Assembly (NCBI GenBank): GCA_964488565.1
Contig: CAZAUE010000002.1
Location: forward strand, 40,048-104,047
DNA length: 64,000 nucleotides
Direction of reading: 5' to 3'
From: an uncultured Candidatus Saccharibacteria bacterium
GTDB taxonomy: Bacteria > Patescibacteriota > Minisyncoccia > 2-02-FULL-40-12 > GWA2-44-9
A model generated the notes under the pieces. It ran no database searches. It saw only the letters and a program-made list of their open reading frames with translations, and was not told the origin of the DNA. This document shows, piece by piece, positions 8,061 to 17,530 of this stretch; positions within the stretch are counted from its first letter, which is position 1; every line of letters begins with the position of its first letter. A program made the position numbers and the translations under genes.

Positions 8061-10172
8061 CTATCTGTGCCCCTTCATCGTCAAACTTATCTTTCCTGTG
8101 TCATCTACGGCTTTGACCCAGACGTGGACTTCCTGACCCACCTTCAAAACATCAGTTACTTTGCTTACTCTTTCGTTGCTGATTTCAGATACATGAACCA
8201 TTCCATCTTTGCCAGGCATTATTTCCACAAAGGCCCCGAAGTCTCTGATGCTTACAACTGTGCCATCAAATTCATCTCCAGTTTTTACTTCGTAAGTAAC
8301 CTCGGCGATAAGAGCTAAGGCCTTTTTCATTCCTTCTGGAGTCATAGATGTGACGAATACGGAACCATCATCTTCAATATCTATTTCAGCTCCGGTTTTC
8401 TCAATGATTTCATTAATTACTTTTCCGCCTGGGCCAATAAGGGCTCCTATCTTGGCGGGATTTATTTTCACGGTTTGTATGCGAGGTGCATGAGCTGATA
8501 ATTCAGCTCTCGGAGCAGAAATTGCTTTATTTATAACATCCAAAATTTCCAAGCGAGCCTTAAGGGCTTGCGCTAATGTTTCTTCAACTATTTTGGGAGT
8601 AATACCATCAACTTTTACATCCATCTGCATACCAGTAACACCATCTTTGGTTCCAGCAACTTTCAAGTCCATGTCACCATGATGATCTTCTGGTCCCTGA
8701 ATGTCGGTAAGGATTTTATACTTCTCATTTTTTTCATCAAACATCAATCCCATAGCAATACCGGCAGCAGGGGATTTGATAGGAACTCCACCATCCATTA
8801 ACGCTAGAGTGGAACCGCAAACCGAGGCCATGGATGAAGAACCGTTAGACGATAGAATTTCTGACACCAAACGAATGGTGTAAGGAAATGCGTCTTTGTC
8901 GGGAATTATTGGCTCAAGAGAACGTTCTGCCAAATATCCATGTCCAACCTCTCTGCGTCCAAGGGCACCGACACGTTTTACCTCACCAGTTGAATATGGA
9001 GGAAAGCTGTAATGATGCATAAAGCGCTTCTTTGTAAGATTTATTTCCATGGTTTCAAGCCATTGTTCCATGCCTGGAGCAGCAAGTGTCAAAATAGACA
9101 AAGCTTGTGTTGTTCCCCGATTAAACAATCCTGAACCGTGAACACGAGGAAGAATTGAGGTGTCAGCTGATAGAGCACGAAGTTGATCAATCTTTCTTCC
9201 GTCTGGTCGTTTTCCTTCCTCAAGGACATTCTTGTGAACCATTCGATCTATTTCTTCTTCAAAAATTACGCTTACTTCGCTTAATTTTTTAGCAAGATTA
9301 AGGTCTGCTTCATATGTAGCCTTAAAATGGTCCATGAGTTCAGTCTTAATCTGACCAATTCCTTCATACAATTCGTCCTTGCCTTTGCCAGGTAAATAAA
9401 GAGCAACCCGAAGCTTGTCTTCGGTAAGTTTTCGGACCTCTTCAACTAATGCGACATCATGTACTGCAATAGTAAGCTCTTTCTTTGGTTTTCCGACTTC
9501 GCTCGCAATTTTTTTCTGAAAATCAGTCAATTGTTTGAGGGACTCAAAACCAGCATTGATTGCATCAGACATATCTTTTTCAGGAACGATCTTTGCACCG
9601 GCTTCAATCATGTTAATTCTTGTTTCTGTTCCAGCAACAACAATGTCAAAATCACTCAAAGCTCGTTCGGCATAAGTAGGGTTAAAGATCAGTTTTCCGT
9701 CTACGCGGCCAACACGAACACCAGCAATCGGGCCATCAAAAGGTATGTCGGAAATCATCAACGCAAGAGATGCGCCAAAAAGCGCCACGATATCTGAATC
9801 GTTAACGTAATCAAACGACAAAACTGTTGCAACAACCTGAATTTCGTTTCTGATTTTATTATTAAATCTGGGTCGGAGAGGTCGATCAATTAATCGGCCT
9901 GCAAGTATGGCTTCTTCTGTTGGTCTGCCATCGCGTTTTACCCAATTTGAGCCCTTAATTTTTCCGGCGGCATAATATTTTTCTTCGTACTCAACCTGAA
10001 GAGGGAGGTAGTCAACGGCTTTTTCAGCGTTCGACATGGTGGCATTAACCATAACGGTAGTTTCACCATATTGAACAACACAAACACCATTAGCCTGTCC
10101 ACCGAGACGACCTAATTCGACCTTGAGGGTTTTCCCCGCAAAGTCCATACTATATGTTTTTACTTCTGCCAT
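8061..10172 (-). CDS. pnp: Polyribonucleotide nucleotidyltransferase
   Basis: Two RNase PH domains (SNGSSSMASVCG, GDMDLKVAGT), KH and S1. Confidence 0.97.
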   Translation of the reverse strand: MAEVKTYSMDFAGKTLKVELGRLGGQANGVCVVQYGETTVMVNATMSNAEKAVDYLPLQVEYEEKYYAAGKIKGSNWVKRDGRPTEEAILAGRLIDRPLRPRFNNKIRNEIQVVATVLSFDYVNDSDIVALFGASLALMISDIPFDGPIAGVRVGRVDGKLIFNPTYAERALSDFDIVVAGTETRINMIEAGAKIVPEKDMSDAINAGFESLKQLTDFQKKIASEVGKPKKELTIAVHDVALVEEVRKLTEDKLRVALYLPGKGKDELYEGIGQIKTELMDHFKATYEADLNLAKKLSEVSVIFEEEIDRMVHKNVLEEGKRPDGRKIDQLRALSADTSILPRVHGSGLFNRGTTQALSILTLAAPGMEQWLETMEINLTKKRFMHHYSFPPYSTGEVKRVGALGRREVGHGYLAERSLEPIIPDKDAFPYTIRLVSEILSSNGSSSMASVCGSTLALMDGGVPIKSPAAGIAMGLMFDEKNEKYKILTDIQGPEDHHGDMDLKVAGTKDGVTGMQMDVKVDGITPKIVEETLAQALKARLEILDVINKAISAPRAELSAHAPRIQTVKINPAKIGALIGPGGKVINEIIEKTGAEIDIEDDGSVFVTSMTPEGMKKALALIAEVTYEVKTGDEFDGTVVSIRDFGAFVEIMPGKDGMVHVSEISNERVSKVTDVLKVGQEVHVWVKAVDDTGKISLTMKGHR

Positions 10173-10368
10173 GTTTAAATACCAACAAAAGAGTGACCTG
10201 CCTGCGCAGGCAGGGAAACAAACTGGCCGAATATCTCAAGTAATAATTAAGATATTTGGCCAAATTATAGCCCCTTATAGTTAGTTTTTTGCGCCCTTGT
10301 TGGTTGTTAATTAACTTATCATGAAGATACCACAACACTTAAGAAAAATCCAGCCTTTAGCTGGATTT

Positions 10369-10881
10369 TTACTTCAGAAGAATCTTATCTTTCAACTCCT
10401 CTAGATCTGTGAAATTATTGGCAACATCTATTAATTTTGAACTGGCGCTTCTTTTGAAACCAACGACTTCTACGATTATTCCACTGAATTTAAGGTATTC
10501 TACCAATGGCTCATAGTCACCATCTCCTGATACAAGCACCACAACATCAAGTTGTTTAGATAAGCTGATTGCATCTACAGCAATAGCCACATCCCAATCT
10601 CCCTTTTTCATTCCCCCTGGGAATATCTGAAGGTCTTTGGATTTTAATTCGTAACCAGCCTTTTCAAGGGCATCAAAAAAGGCCTTCTCTTCATCGGTAT
10701 CGGATTTAACCACGTAGGCAATAGCTCTAACCAACTCTCTATTTGCGGTTGCGACCTTCAAAAGTTCACGAAAATTTACTCGTGATTTATAGAGATTTTT
10801 TGCCGAATGGTACATGTTTGAGACATCGACAAAAACACCAATTCTGTGATTCTTTCTTTGAGGGACCGTTACTTTGTGCAT
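10369..10881 (-). CDS. NYN domain (LabA/DUF88) protein
   Basis: VFVDVSN, KGDWDV, LVSGDGDY. Confidence 0.9.
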   Translation of the reverse strand: MHKVTVPQRKNHRIGVFVDVSNMYHSAKNLYKSRVNFRELLKVATANRELVRAIAYVVKSDTDEEKAFFDALEKAGYELKSKDLQIFPGGMKKGDWDVAIAVDAISLSKQLDVVVLVSGDGDYEPLVEYLKFSGIIVEVVGFKRSASSKLIDVANNFTDLEELKDKILLK

Positions 10882-10899
10882 GAGATAGTGAAAACTCTA

Positions 10900-11166
10900 T
10901 TATTTATCCAAACCTAACTTCTTAACAACTGAAGAGTGTCTTTTTGGAGCTTCTCTTTTCAAGTAATCCAGGAGTCGTTTTCTTTTTGAAACCATCTTTA
11001 AAAGTCCGAGTCTGGATGAGTTGTCTTTTCCGTGCTTTTTGAGGTGCTTAGCCAACTGTTCAATTTCTTCAGTAAACAAAGCAATCTGCGCTTCAGCAGA
11101 TCCTGTATCCTTGTCGTGAATCTTGACCTTGTCTATGACTTTTGTTTTTTCCTTTGGAGTTAACAT
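10900..11166 (-). CDS. rpsO: 30S ribosomal protein S15
   Basis: DTGSAEAQIA, HGKDNSSRLGLLKMV. Confidence 0.97.
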   Translation of the reverse strand: MLTPKEKTKVIDKVKIHDKDTGSAEAQIALFTEEIEQLAKHLKKHGKDNSSRLGLLKMVSKRKRLLDYLKREAPKRHSSVVKKLGLDK

Positions 11167-11358
11167 GAATTTGTGCGTATCTTCCAGTCGTAACCAGATG
11201 ACCGCGGTTAATATTTCAATATCTGCTTATTTTACCACAACAAAAACAAATCTGCAAACCCTCTTTTCTTTCCATTTTTTACAGAAAATTCTATACTTAT
11301 TATGCGACAGAGTTCCTCGGTGGGCTAAAGCACCACCAGGAAACCACTCCGCCCACCC

Positions 11359-12270
11359 ATGGACATTAAGACACTAAAAATCCAATATCTTGAACATCTA
11401 GAAATAGAGAAGAATCGTTCAGCTAAAACCCTTGAGAATTACGGGCGTTATTTGGATAGATTTTTACAATTCGCAAAAGTTTCCAATCCATCAGGAATTA
11501 CCGAAGATTTAATAAGACAGTACCGACTTCACTTAAACCGCCTGAAAGACAAAGAGGGGAACACTCTAAAAAAAGTCACCCAAAACTATCACATCATTGC
11601 CTTAAGAAATTTTTTGAAGTATTTAGCCAAAAGAGATATAAAATCCGTCCCAGCTGAAAAGGTTGAATTAGGAAAACAAGAAGATAGAGAAGTCACATTT
11701 CTTGAGGCTGATGAATTAGAAAGATTATTAAAATCACCCGAAGGAGATAATTTAGACACATTAAGAGACAGGGCTGTTCTTGGTACTTTGTTTAGTACTG
11801 GCATGCGTGTCTCTGAGCTTTGTTCATTGGATAGAAATAAAATAGACACAACTCGAGGAGAGCTAAGCATACGCGGGAAGGGGAGTAAGATTAGGGTGGT
11901 GTTTCTTTCTGATGACGCCAAAGAAGACATCAGTAAATACCTCTCTAAGCGTTCCGACATTGATGAGGCTCTTTTTATTCGAATTCCTAAATCAAAAACT
12001 TTTTCCAAAGACGACAACTTAAGGCTTACCCCACGAAGCATCCAAAGAATAGTTCAAAAATACGCCACCAAATCCGGCATCATGGGAAAGAGTGTCAGCC
12101 CTCACACCTTGCGTCACAGTTATGCCACCGACCTTCTACGCAATGGTGCCGACATCCGCTCCGTTCAGTCAATGCTCGGACACTCATCCGTCACTACAAC
12201 TCAAATCTATACTCACGTTACAGACAAGCAACTTAGAGAAGTGCACAAGAAATTTCATAACAAAAAATGA
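11359..12270 (+). CDS. XerC/XerD-like tyrosine recombinase
   Basis: SAM-like N-domain; TGMRVSEL, GKGSK, SPHTLRHSYAT, LGHSSVTTTQIY. Confidence 0.92.
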   Translation: MDIKTLKIQYLEHLEIEKNRSAKTLENYGRYLDRFLQFAKVSNPSGITEDLIRQYRLHLNRLKDKEGNTLKKVTQNYHIIALRNFLKYLAKRDIKSVPAEKVELGKQEDREVTFLEADELERLLKSPEGDNLDTLRDRAVLGTLFSTGMRVSELCSLDRNKIDTTRGELSIRGKGSKIRVVFLSDDAKEDISKYLSKRSDIDEALFIRIPKSKTFSKDDNLRLTPRSIQRIVQKYATKSGIMGKSVSPHTLRHSYATDLLRNGADIRSVQSMLGHSSVTTTQIYTHVTDKQLREVHKKFHNKK

Positions 12271-12287
12271 ACCGACAAATCGGTTCA

Positions 12288-12683
12288 TTAAAATCTTTTA
12301 GATCTAAGTTCTGGTCCATAATATGGATGTTTTCTTTTCTCGCCACAATGAGGACACTTGAAACTCAACCAATACTTATAGACATGGGAATGTAATCTCT
12401 CTGGGTCACCGCCCAACCACTTACACTCGTATTCATAATCTGGCAAAACCGGACCTTCAATTTTCACAATTTTACCTATGGCCATATAGCTAAAAGAAGA
12501 ATTTTTAGCACAAAATCTTGCTTCAATGGCCAAAGCCATATCACCAACTCTAAAAACTTTCTTTTCTTTTGTTCTTGATTCACATTCTATGGCTTTTCTT
12601 TGAGTACGATATTTAGTTCCACAAACTTCACATTGAAAAGAGCGGACTGTATGCGCAGGAACTCGTCTGATTATCTTCTTCAT
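12288..12683 (-). CDS. Hypothetical Cys-rich (Zn-binding?) protein
   Basis: CEVCG..CE and CPHCG motifs; overlaps the stop of the upstream gene. Confidence 0.65.
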   Translation of the reverse strand: MKKIIRRVPAHTVRSFQCEVCGTKYRTQRKAIECESRTKEKKVFRVGDMALAIEARFCAKNSSFSYMAIGKIVKIEGPVLPDYEYECKWLGGDPERLHSHVYKYWLSFKCPHCGEKRKHPYYGPELRSKRF

Positions 12684-13612
12684 TGTATTTCTCCATAAGG
12701 AAGGGCTGAGTTGATTGTATCAATAAACACTAGCGGGTCAACGTTCGTTCCATGAACTTTAATCATGAAATGAAGATGTGGAGATGCTTTCCGAGGCGTT
12801 GCTCCTGTTAAGGCAACAACCTGCCCCTTTTTAACAACATCTCCAACCTTAACTTTAAATTTAGACAAGTGCAGATACAAAGAAATAACTCCGGAGCCGT
12901 GATCAATGATGAGCATGTTTCCTTCTGTCCCTTGAATCGGAAAATTATGGGCCAGCAGAACTCGTCCTGAATTAATTGCAACAACAGGTAGGGGAGTTCT
13001 GGCCCTTAAGTCCGTTCCGGCATGATAAACAGTTTGTTGAATTTTTATTTTCTTTGTCTTTTTATCACGCTGTCCGTACAAGCGGGGAGTGCCAAAGTTA
13101 TCGGTTTTTTCAATACTTTCTAATGGATACAAGAATGGCCCCACCGCATAATTTTCATAAAAATTGGCGGATTTATATGCTTTGTTTTTTATTGCCTGCT
13201 CTTTGGCACGTTGCTCTTGAATGAGTTTATTTTTGGGTCTAAGTGAACCAACAAACCAAGGATCTCCGAAAACAGTTTCCTTAACATCTATGTGAGTATA
13301 ATAGAAATCAAACTGTTTAGCTTTCTGATATTCTTGATATTCAACCAAATAGACCAAATAACTACCCGGCTTTTGACTGATCTCGACTCCAACAAAAACA
13401 AATCCATTAGAGTCAAAAGGGTAGTCTCTATCAAAAACACGAAGCCCCAAATTTTTACCAACCAAATCGGAAGCGACTCTCACCACTAAAACTTCGCCCT
13501 GATTAACAAATGACTTACGGTTGTAAACCTCGAAGCTCTGAGCATAAGCTTGGGATAGTGATAAAAACATAAAGCAAATAATGGCCCCGGCCATTCGTAC
13601 ACATTTTTGCAT
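12680..13612 (-). CDS. Secreted M23 family metallopeptidase
   Basis: Signal peptide; YHAGTDL, IIDHG, PHLHF. Confidence 0.9.
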   Translation of the reverse strand: MQKCVRMAGAIICFMFLSLSQAYAQSFEVYNRKSFVNQGEVLVVRVASDLVGKNLGLRVFDRDYPFDSNGFVFVGVEISQKPGSYLVYLVEYQEYQKAKQFDFYYTHIDVKETVFGDPWFVGSLRPKNKLIQEQRAKEQAIKNKAYKSANFYENYAVGPFLYPLESIEKTDNFGTPRLYGQRDKKTKKIKIQQTVYHAGTDLRARTPLPVVAINSGRVLLAHNFPIQGTEGNMLIIDHGSGVISLYLHLSKFKVKVGDVVKKGQVVALTGATPRKASPHLHFMIKVHGTNVDPLVFIDTINSALPYGEIQ

Positions 13613-13689
13613 TGTAAAGGTCCTTCTTTGATACTAATTGCTTACAAAAATACCGCATTTAGCGGTATTGGTAAAGGAGGAGGAAGTCT

Positions 13690-13925
13690 GGGGGGGACTC
13701 GGTCACAGATAATTCTTCACTACTGGGGAGGGACTCGCCCACAAGTTGAATTGTCTTCCGACAATTCTCTTGCGGGCCCAGCTCGTGGTTTCGCTCGCCA
13801 ATTGCTCGCGAAACATCACTGCGCTTTTCGAGTCACTACGCGAGCCAAGCAGTTGGCTCGCTCCCTCGGGCTACTGAGTAGTAAATTAAAATCGCTGTAA
13901 TTACAGCGATTTTAATTTACTAAAG
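13690..13925 (-). repeat. tRNA-trailer element (tRNA-Leu copy) with two duplicated tRNA 3' fragments
   Basis: ggggagggactcg at 13725-13737 equals tRNA 13931-13943; degenerate third copy 13690-13701; shared core motif; 44-bp perfect palindrome 13879-13922. Confidence 0.75.
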
Positions 13926-14007
13926 TGCCCGGGGAGGGACTCGAACCCTCAATCCTTACGGAACACGATTTTAAGTCGTGCGTGTATACCAATTCCACCA
14001 CCCGGGC
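13926..14007 (-). tRNA. tRNA-Leu(TAA)
   Basis: Cloverleaf GCCCGGG...CCCGGGCA, anticodon arm cacga-cttaaaa-tcgtg, long variable arm; CCA not encoded. Confidence 0.95.
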
Positions 14008-14121
14008 AAACATATTTCTGCCTTAATTTATCATAAATTCCAAATAATATAAACCCTCCTTTACAGCCCTCGGGACTTGTGAGAAAATCTTCTTGCTCTT
14101 TAAAATCAGAGGACTCAAAAA

Positions 14122-14787
14122 GTGTTGGGAACAAAACCATCCAAAAAAGTTATTACTTTTGCCATATCCGACAAGGAATATAAAAAATTTGGCTGTCCTG
14201 TTTGCGGACACGCTACAAGTAAGTGGTCATTCATGGGTGGTGGTGGATTAGTCGTAACATGTAAAAATACTAACTGCGAATCTATTTTTTATATCCTCAT
14301 TGGAAACTTCAAATCTTTTTACGTTAGATTTACCGATAAAACCGGCAAGTGTTTTACCCCAAAACTAGAAACGCATCCACGCAAAAACATACCTGCGTGG
14401 GGTGCAAGAGAGGATAAGAGATCACCAAAGACGGGCGAATTTTTTACGAACCCAAGCCAGTCTGAATATCGACACGGCCTTTGTTTTATTTGCAAAGATG
14501 TTTGCCGACTCCCGATTGACATAGAATGGCCAATGAAAAATCTTTTTTCTGTTAGCTTTAAAACACCCTGCGAAGAAGCGGCAAAAAGAATTCAAAAAAT
14601 CTTTGAAGCAAATGGACTTTGCATAAACACAGTAGGAAGTGGGGAAGAATATCCTCCTTCATTTTATCTTATAAACGTTTCCAGTTGCGTTGCTCACAAA
14701 CCCAATCTCTTAGAACTCCAAAAGGTTGCAAGAGAGAAGGGGGTCATCAACAAGAAAATCCTTTCAAAAATAAAGGCCCTCAAGTAG
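14122..14787 (+). CDS. Hypothetical Cys-rich protein
   Basis: 221-aa ORF with CPVCG, CKNTNC, CFICKDVC; lies between two tRNAs. Confidence 0.65.
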   Translation: MLGTKPSKKVITFAISDKEYKKFGCPVCGHATSKWSFMGGGGLVVTCKNTNCESIFYILIGNFKSFYVRFTDKTGKCFTPKLETHPRKNIPAWGAREDKRSPKTGEFFTNPSQSEYRHGLCFICKDVCRLPIDIEWPMKNLFSVSFKTPCEEAAKRIQKIFEANGLCINTVGSGEEYPPSFYLINVSSCVAHKPNLLELQKVAREKGVINKKILSKIKALK

Positions 14788-14817
14788 GGTCTTTTTTATA
14801 TCTGATATTTTTACTTG

Positions 14818-14889
14818 AGGCGGCGGGCGGAATCGAACCGCCGTATAGGAGTTTTGCAGACTCCTGCCTTACCACTTGGCTACGCCGCC
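14818..14889 (-). tRNA. tRNA-Cys(GCA)
   Basis: GGCGGCG acceptor, ggagt-ctgcaaa-actcc, GTTCGATT, U73. Confidence 0.95.
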
Positions 14890-14895
14890 CTAACC

Positions 14896-16425
14896 TTAAA
14901 TAGAACGCTTGATTCTTTCCTCCTCGTATATATCTAATATATCTCCAACCTTAACATCTGCAAAATCTTTAGAAACAATATCAAACCTAATTCCAGCTTC
15001 AAGACCTTCTTTAACTTCAGGCATATCTTCTTTATTGTGCTGAAGTTGGCCAATCTTGCCCGTAATCACAACTAAACCGTTTCTTGTAACATCTCCCATT
15101 GCCCCCCTGACAACTTTGCCTGACATAACTCTGCCTCCAAATATTTGAGCTCTAGCATCTTTTTTAAACGTTGCCAAAACTTTTAATTTTCCAAGAGGAT
15201 TTTTCTTTATCTCCGCTCCCAAGAGAGCTGACATTTCTTCTCTAACATATTCTATTAATTCATAAATAATATCAAAATTAGATATTTTGATTCCTTCTTT
15301 GTCTGCTATTTTTTTTGCTGACTCTTCTGTTCCAACCCTAAAACCAATAACCTGACATTTTGAAGCAACAGCTGTTTTAATGTCGGCTTCAGAAATATTA
15401 CCAATATCATACGATATAACACGATAACCAATCTCAACTGATTTTATTGCCTTAAGTGAAGCTTCTATTGCTTCTAAAGAACTTGAGACGTCAGATTTAA
15501 AAACAAGATTCAAAAACTTTTTATTTTCATCACCAGTCTCAACGGAACCCTTAAAGAAAGTGAATAGGGGAGCGAGGTTAATATTACCTTCAGCAATTTT
15601 AGTTGCTTCGTCTTTGTTTGGAGCCACAACAAATTCTTTGCCGATATCCGGAGTTGTTGGCCATCCTGTAACCAAAACAGGCTGAGATGGTTTGGCCTGA
15701 ACAATGGCTTTGCCCATGAAATCTTCCATAGATTTTACTTTTCCAACAACAGTTCCAACAACGAGCCAGTCGCCCACACTAAGAATTCCTTTTTGAATCA
15801 ATACGGTGGCGACGTAGCCCCTTCTTTTATCTAGATTGGATTCAATTATTATTCCCGTAGCCGGTGATTCTAAATCTTCATTTAATTCTTCGAGCTCTGC
15901 CACCAAAAGAATCATGTCTAAAAGGGCATCTATGTTTCTGCCTTCTTTAGCTGAAATTTCTATAACAGGAACTGTTCCACCCCAATCTTCAACCAAAACA
16001 TCTTCTGTCGCTAAGTCTTGTTTAACCTTTTGAACATTTGCCCCTTCTTTGTCCATCTTATTTAATGCAACAATAAAAGGAATCTTCGCTTCTTTGATAA
16101 TTTTAATAGCTTCTTTTGTTTGAGGCTTTACGCTTTCATCGGCGGCAACCACCAAAATAGCAATGTCGGCCACTTTTGCCCCACGAGAACGAATGGCAGT
16201 AAAAGCTTCATGACCAGGTGTATCTAAAAAGGTAATAATCTTCCCATTAATATCTGTCTGATATGCTCCGATATGCTGAGTTATCCCACCAGATTCTCCT
16301 TCAGCTATTTTTGTTTTTCTTATTGTATCCAAGAGTTTTGTCTTGCCATGGTCGACATGACCCAAAACGACCACCACTGGTGGTCTTACGTTTTTGCCGT
16401 TTTTTATATCTTTAATGTCTGCCAT
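14896..16425 (-). CDS. infB: Translation initiation factor IF-2 (short form without the long N-terminus)
   Basis: RPPVVVVLGHVDHGKT, GGITQHIGAY, DTPGHEAF. Confidence 0.96.
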   Translation of the reverse strand: MADIKDIKNGKNVRPPVVVVLGHVDHGKTKLLDTIRKTKIAEGESGGITQHIGAYQTDINGKIITFLDTPGHEAFTAIRSRGAKVADIAILVVAADESVKPQTKEAIKIIKEAKIPFIVALNKMDKEGANVQKVKQDLATEDVLVEDWGGTVPVIEISAKEGRNIDALLDMILLVAELEELNEDLESPATGIIIESNLDKRRGYVATVLIQKGILSVGDWLVVGTVVGKVKSMEDFMGKAIVQAKPSQPVLVTGWPTTPDIGKEFVVAPNKDEATKIAEGNINLAPLFTFFKGSVETGDENKKFLNLVFKSDVSSSLEAIEASLKAIKSVEIGYRVISYDIGNISEADIKTAVASKCQVIGFRVGTEESAKKIADKEGIKISNFDIIYELIEYVREEMSALLGAEIKKNPLGKLKVLATFKKDARAQIFGGRVMSGKVVRGAMGDVTRNGLVVITGKIGQLQHNKEDMPEVKEGLEAGIRFDIVSKDFADVKVGDILDIYEEERIKRSI

Positions 16426-16525
16426 TTGAACCCGTAAATTATATCATTTTAAGCCCAAAATATCAATAAAAACCTACCTAAGAAGTTGAAATGAAACAAA
16501 AATAATGTTAAAATAGTATGGATTT

Positions 16526-16614
16526 GGAGACGTGTCAGAGTGGTCTAATGTGCCTCTTTGCTAAAGAGGTGATCGGTTTATCCCGGTCCGGAGGTTCGAA
16601 TCCTCCCGTCTCCG
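16526..16614 (+). tRNA. tRNA-Ser(GCT)
   Basis: GGAGACG...CGTCTCCG, cctct-ttgctaa-agagg, long variable arm. Confidence 0.95.
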
Positions 16615-16763
16615 CAGTGATAAATAAGGACAGCCGGTGGCTGTCCTTATTTAGTATCAATGCGTGATAGGGAGGATGAGAAAGGCGGAGCGCTGGCGCG
16701 AGCCGGGGTCGCGGAATTTTTCAGTAGAAAAATATCTGTGACCGAATCCTCCCGTCTCCGCCA
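16615..16763 (+). repeat. tRNA-trailer element (tRNA-Ser copy)
   Basis: 19-bp direct repeat cgaatcctcccgtctccgc (16597-16615 and 16743-16761, the latter ending in CCA); shared core gagccggggtcgcg...tgtgacc. Confidence 0.8.
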
Positions 16764-16765
16764 AC

Positions 16766-17488
16766 TTACCCCCTCGCAACCACCAAAGCTACAACTCTTG
16801 AGGCTCCACCAGCCTTCAAGATCTTGGCACATTCATTTAATGTTGCTCCCGTGGTGCAAACATCATCTACCAACAACACCTCTCGCCCAATTATTTTTTC
16901 TTTATTTTTTATCCTAAAAATTCCATTCAAATTTTTTAATCTTTCTTCTCTCTCTTTAATGTCTGCCTGTGGGGTGGCGTTAATTGTTCGCTCAACAACA
17001 TCAACCGCCATTTCCATTTGAAATGTATCGGAGATATTTTTGGCCAATAATTCTGACTGATTAAAACCTCTCCAATTTAAACGCCTCAAATGAAGAGGCA
17101 CGGGAATCAAAAGGGGATTAGACTCAAAGACATTAAACTTTTTATCCAACGTTAGCCACTTAAGATACTTCTTAATTAAAACAGATAATGGCTGTTCCAA
17201 ATCAGATATAAATTTATACTTAAAGAACTTGAGAGTTTTTTCAACTAAGTGATTCTTATAATCCGCCACAATTAACAACTGATCAGCGGGGTTGGTCTTG
17301 GTGCAAAGAAAACAGGTTTGCCCAAAAGGAGTGTTCCTTTTACATCCTATGCATTCAAAGGACTTCTTTGTTGGTATTGCCCCAAGACATCCTCGACAAA
17401 CATAATCGCCAAAATCACCACAATCTATACATCTAATAGGGAAAATTGTATCCAAGAGCCAAACAAGGCCTTTCTGGGGATAATTCAT
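16766..17488 (-). CDS. comF: ComF(C) competence protein (double Zn ribbon plus PRTase domain)
   Basis: CIDC..CRGC..CIGC..CFLC, RGFNQS, LLVDDVCTTGAT. Confidence 0.93.
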   Translation of the reverse strand: MNYPQKGLVWLLDTIFPIRCIDCGDFGDYVCRGCLGAIPTKKSFECIGCKRNTPFGQTCFLCTKTNPADQLLIVADYKNHLVEKTLKFFKYKFISDLEQPLSVLIKKYLKWLTLDKKFNVFESNPLLIPVPLHLRRLNWRGFNQSELLAKNISDTFQMEMAVDVVERTINATPQADIKEREERLKNLNGIFRIKNKEKIIGREVLLVDDVCTTGATLNECAKILKAGGASRVVALVVARG

Positions 17489-17530
17489 AATATATAGACA
17501 AAGATATTATGCTATACTTTTATTGTAGTA

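Noticed and set aside
7362-8318. Plus-strand ORFs 7362-7820 and 7863-8318 and other overlapping frames
   Set aside because: They are antisense shadows of the GC-rich islet gene and of pnp, with no motif or RBS
10197-10214. cctgcctgcgcaggcagg and similar short GC palindromes (about 1473-1516, 63175-63188) as terminators
   Set aside because: No U tract and located upstream of start codons; more likely small REP-like units, too short to classify
11359-14007. Integrative island formed by the tyrosine recombinase and tRNA-Leu
   Set aside because: The recombinase looks like a ~300-aa housekeeping Xer type with no arm-binding domain, and the tRNA 3' duplicates lie within 250 bp of the tRNA, so they do not enclose the genes
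13607-14211. Short ORFs across the tRNA-Leu region (also 16647-16917, 32816-33025, 34269-34716)
   Set aside because: They overlap tRNA genes and palindromic elements, so they are spurious
16526-16763. Group I or II intron in tRNA-Ser, and likewise Leu and Pro
   Set aside because: Each tRNA is already complete and contiguous; inserts are under 200 nt and lack recognisable intron core motifs
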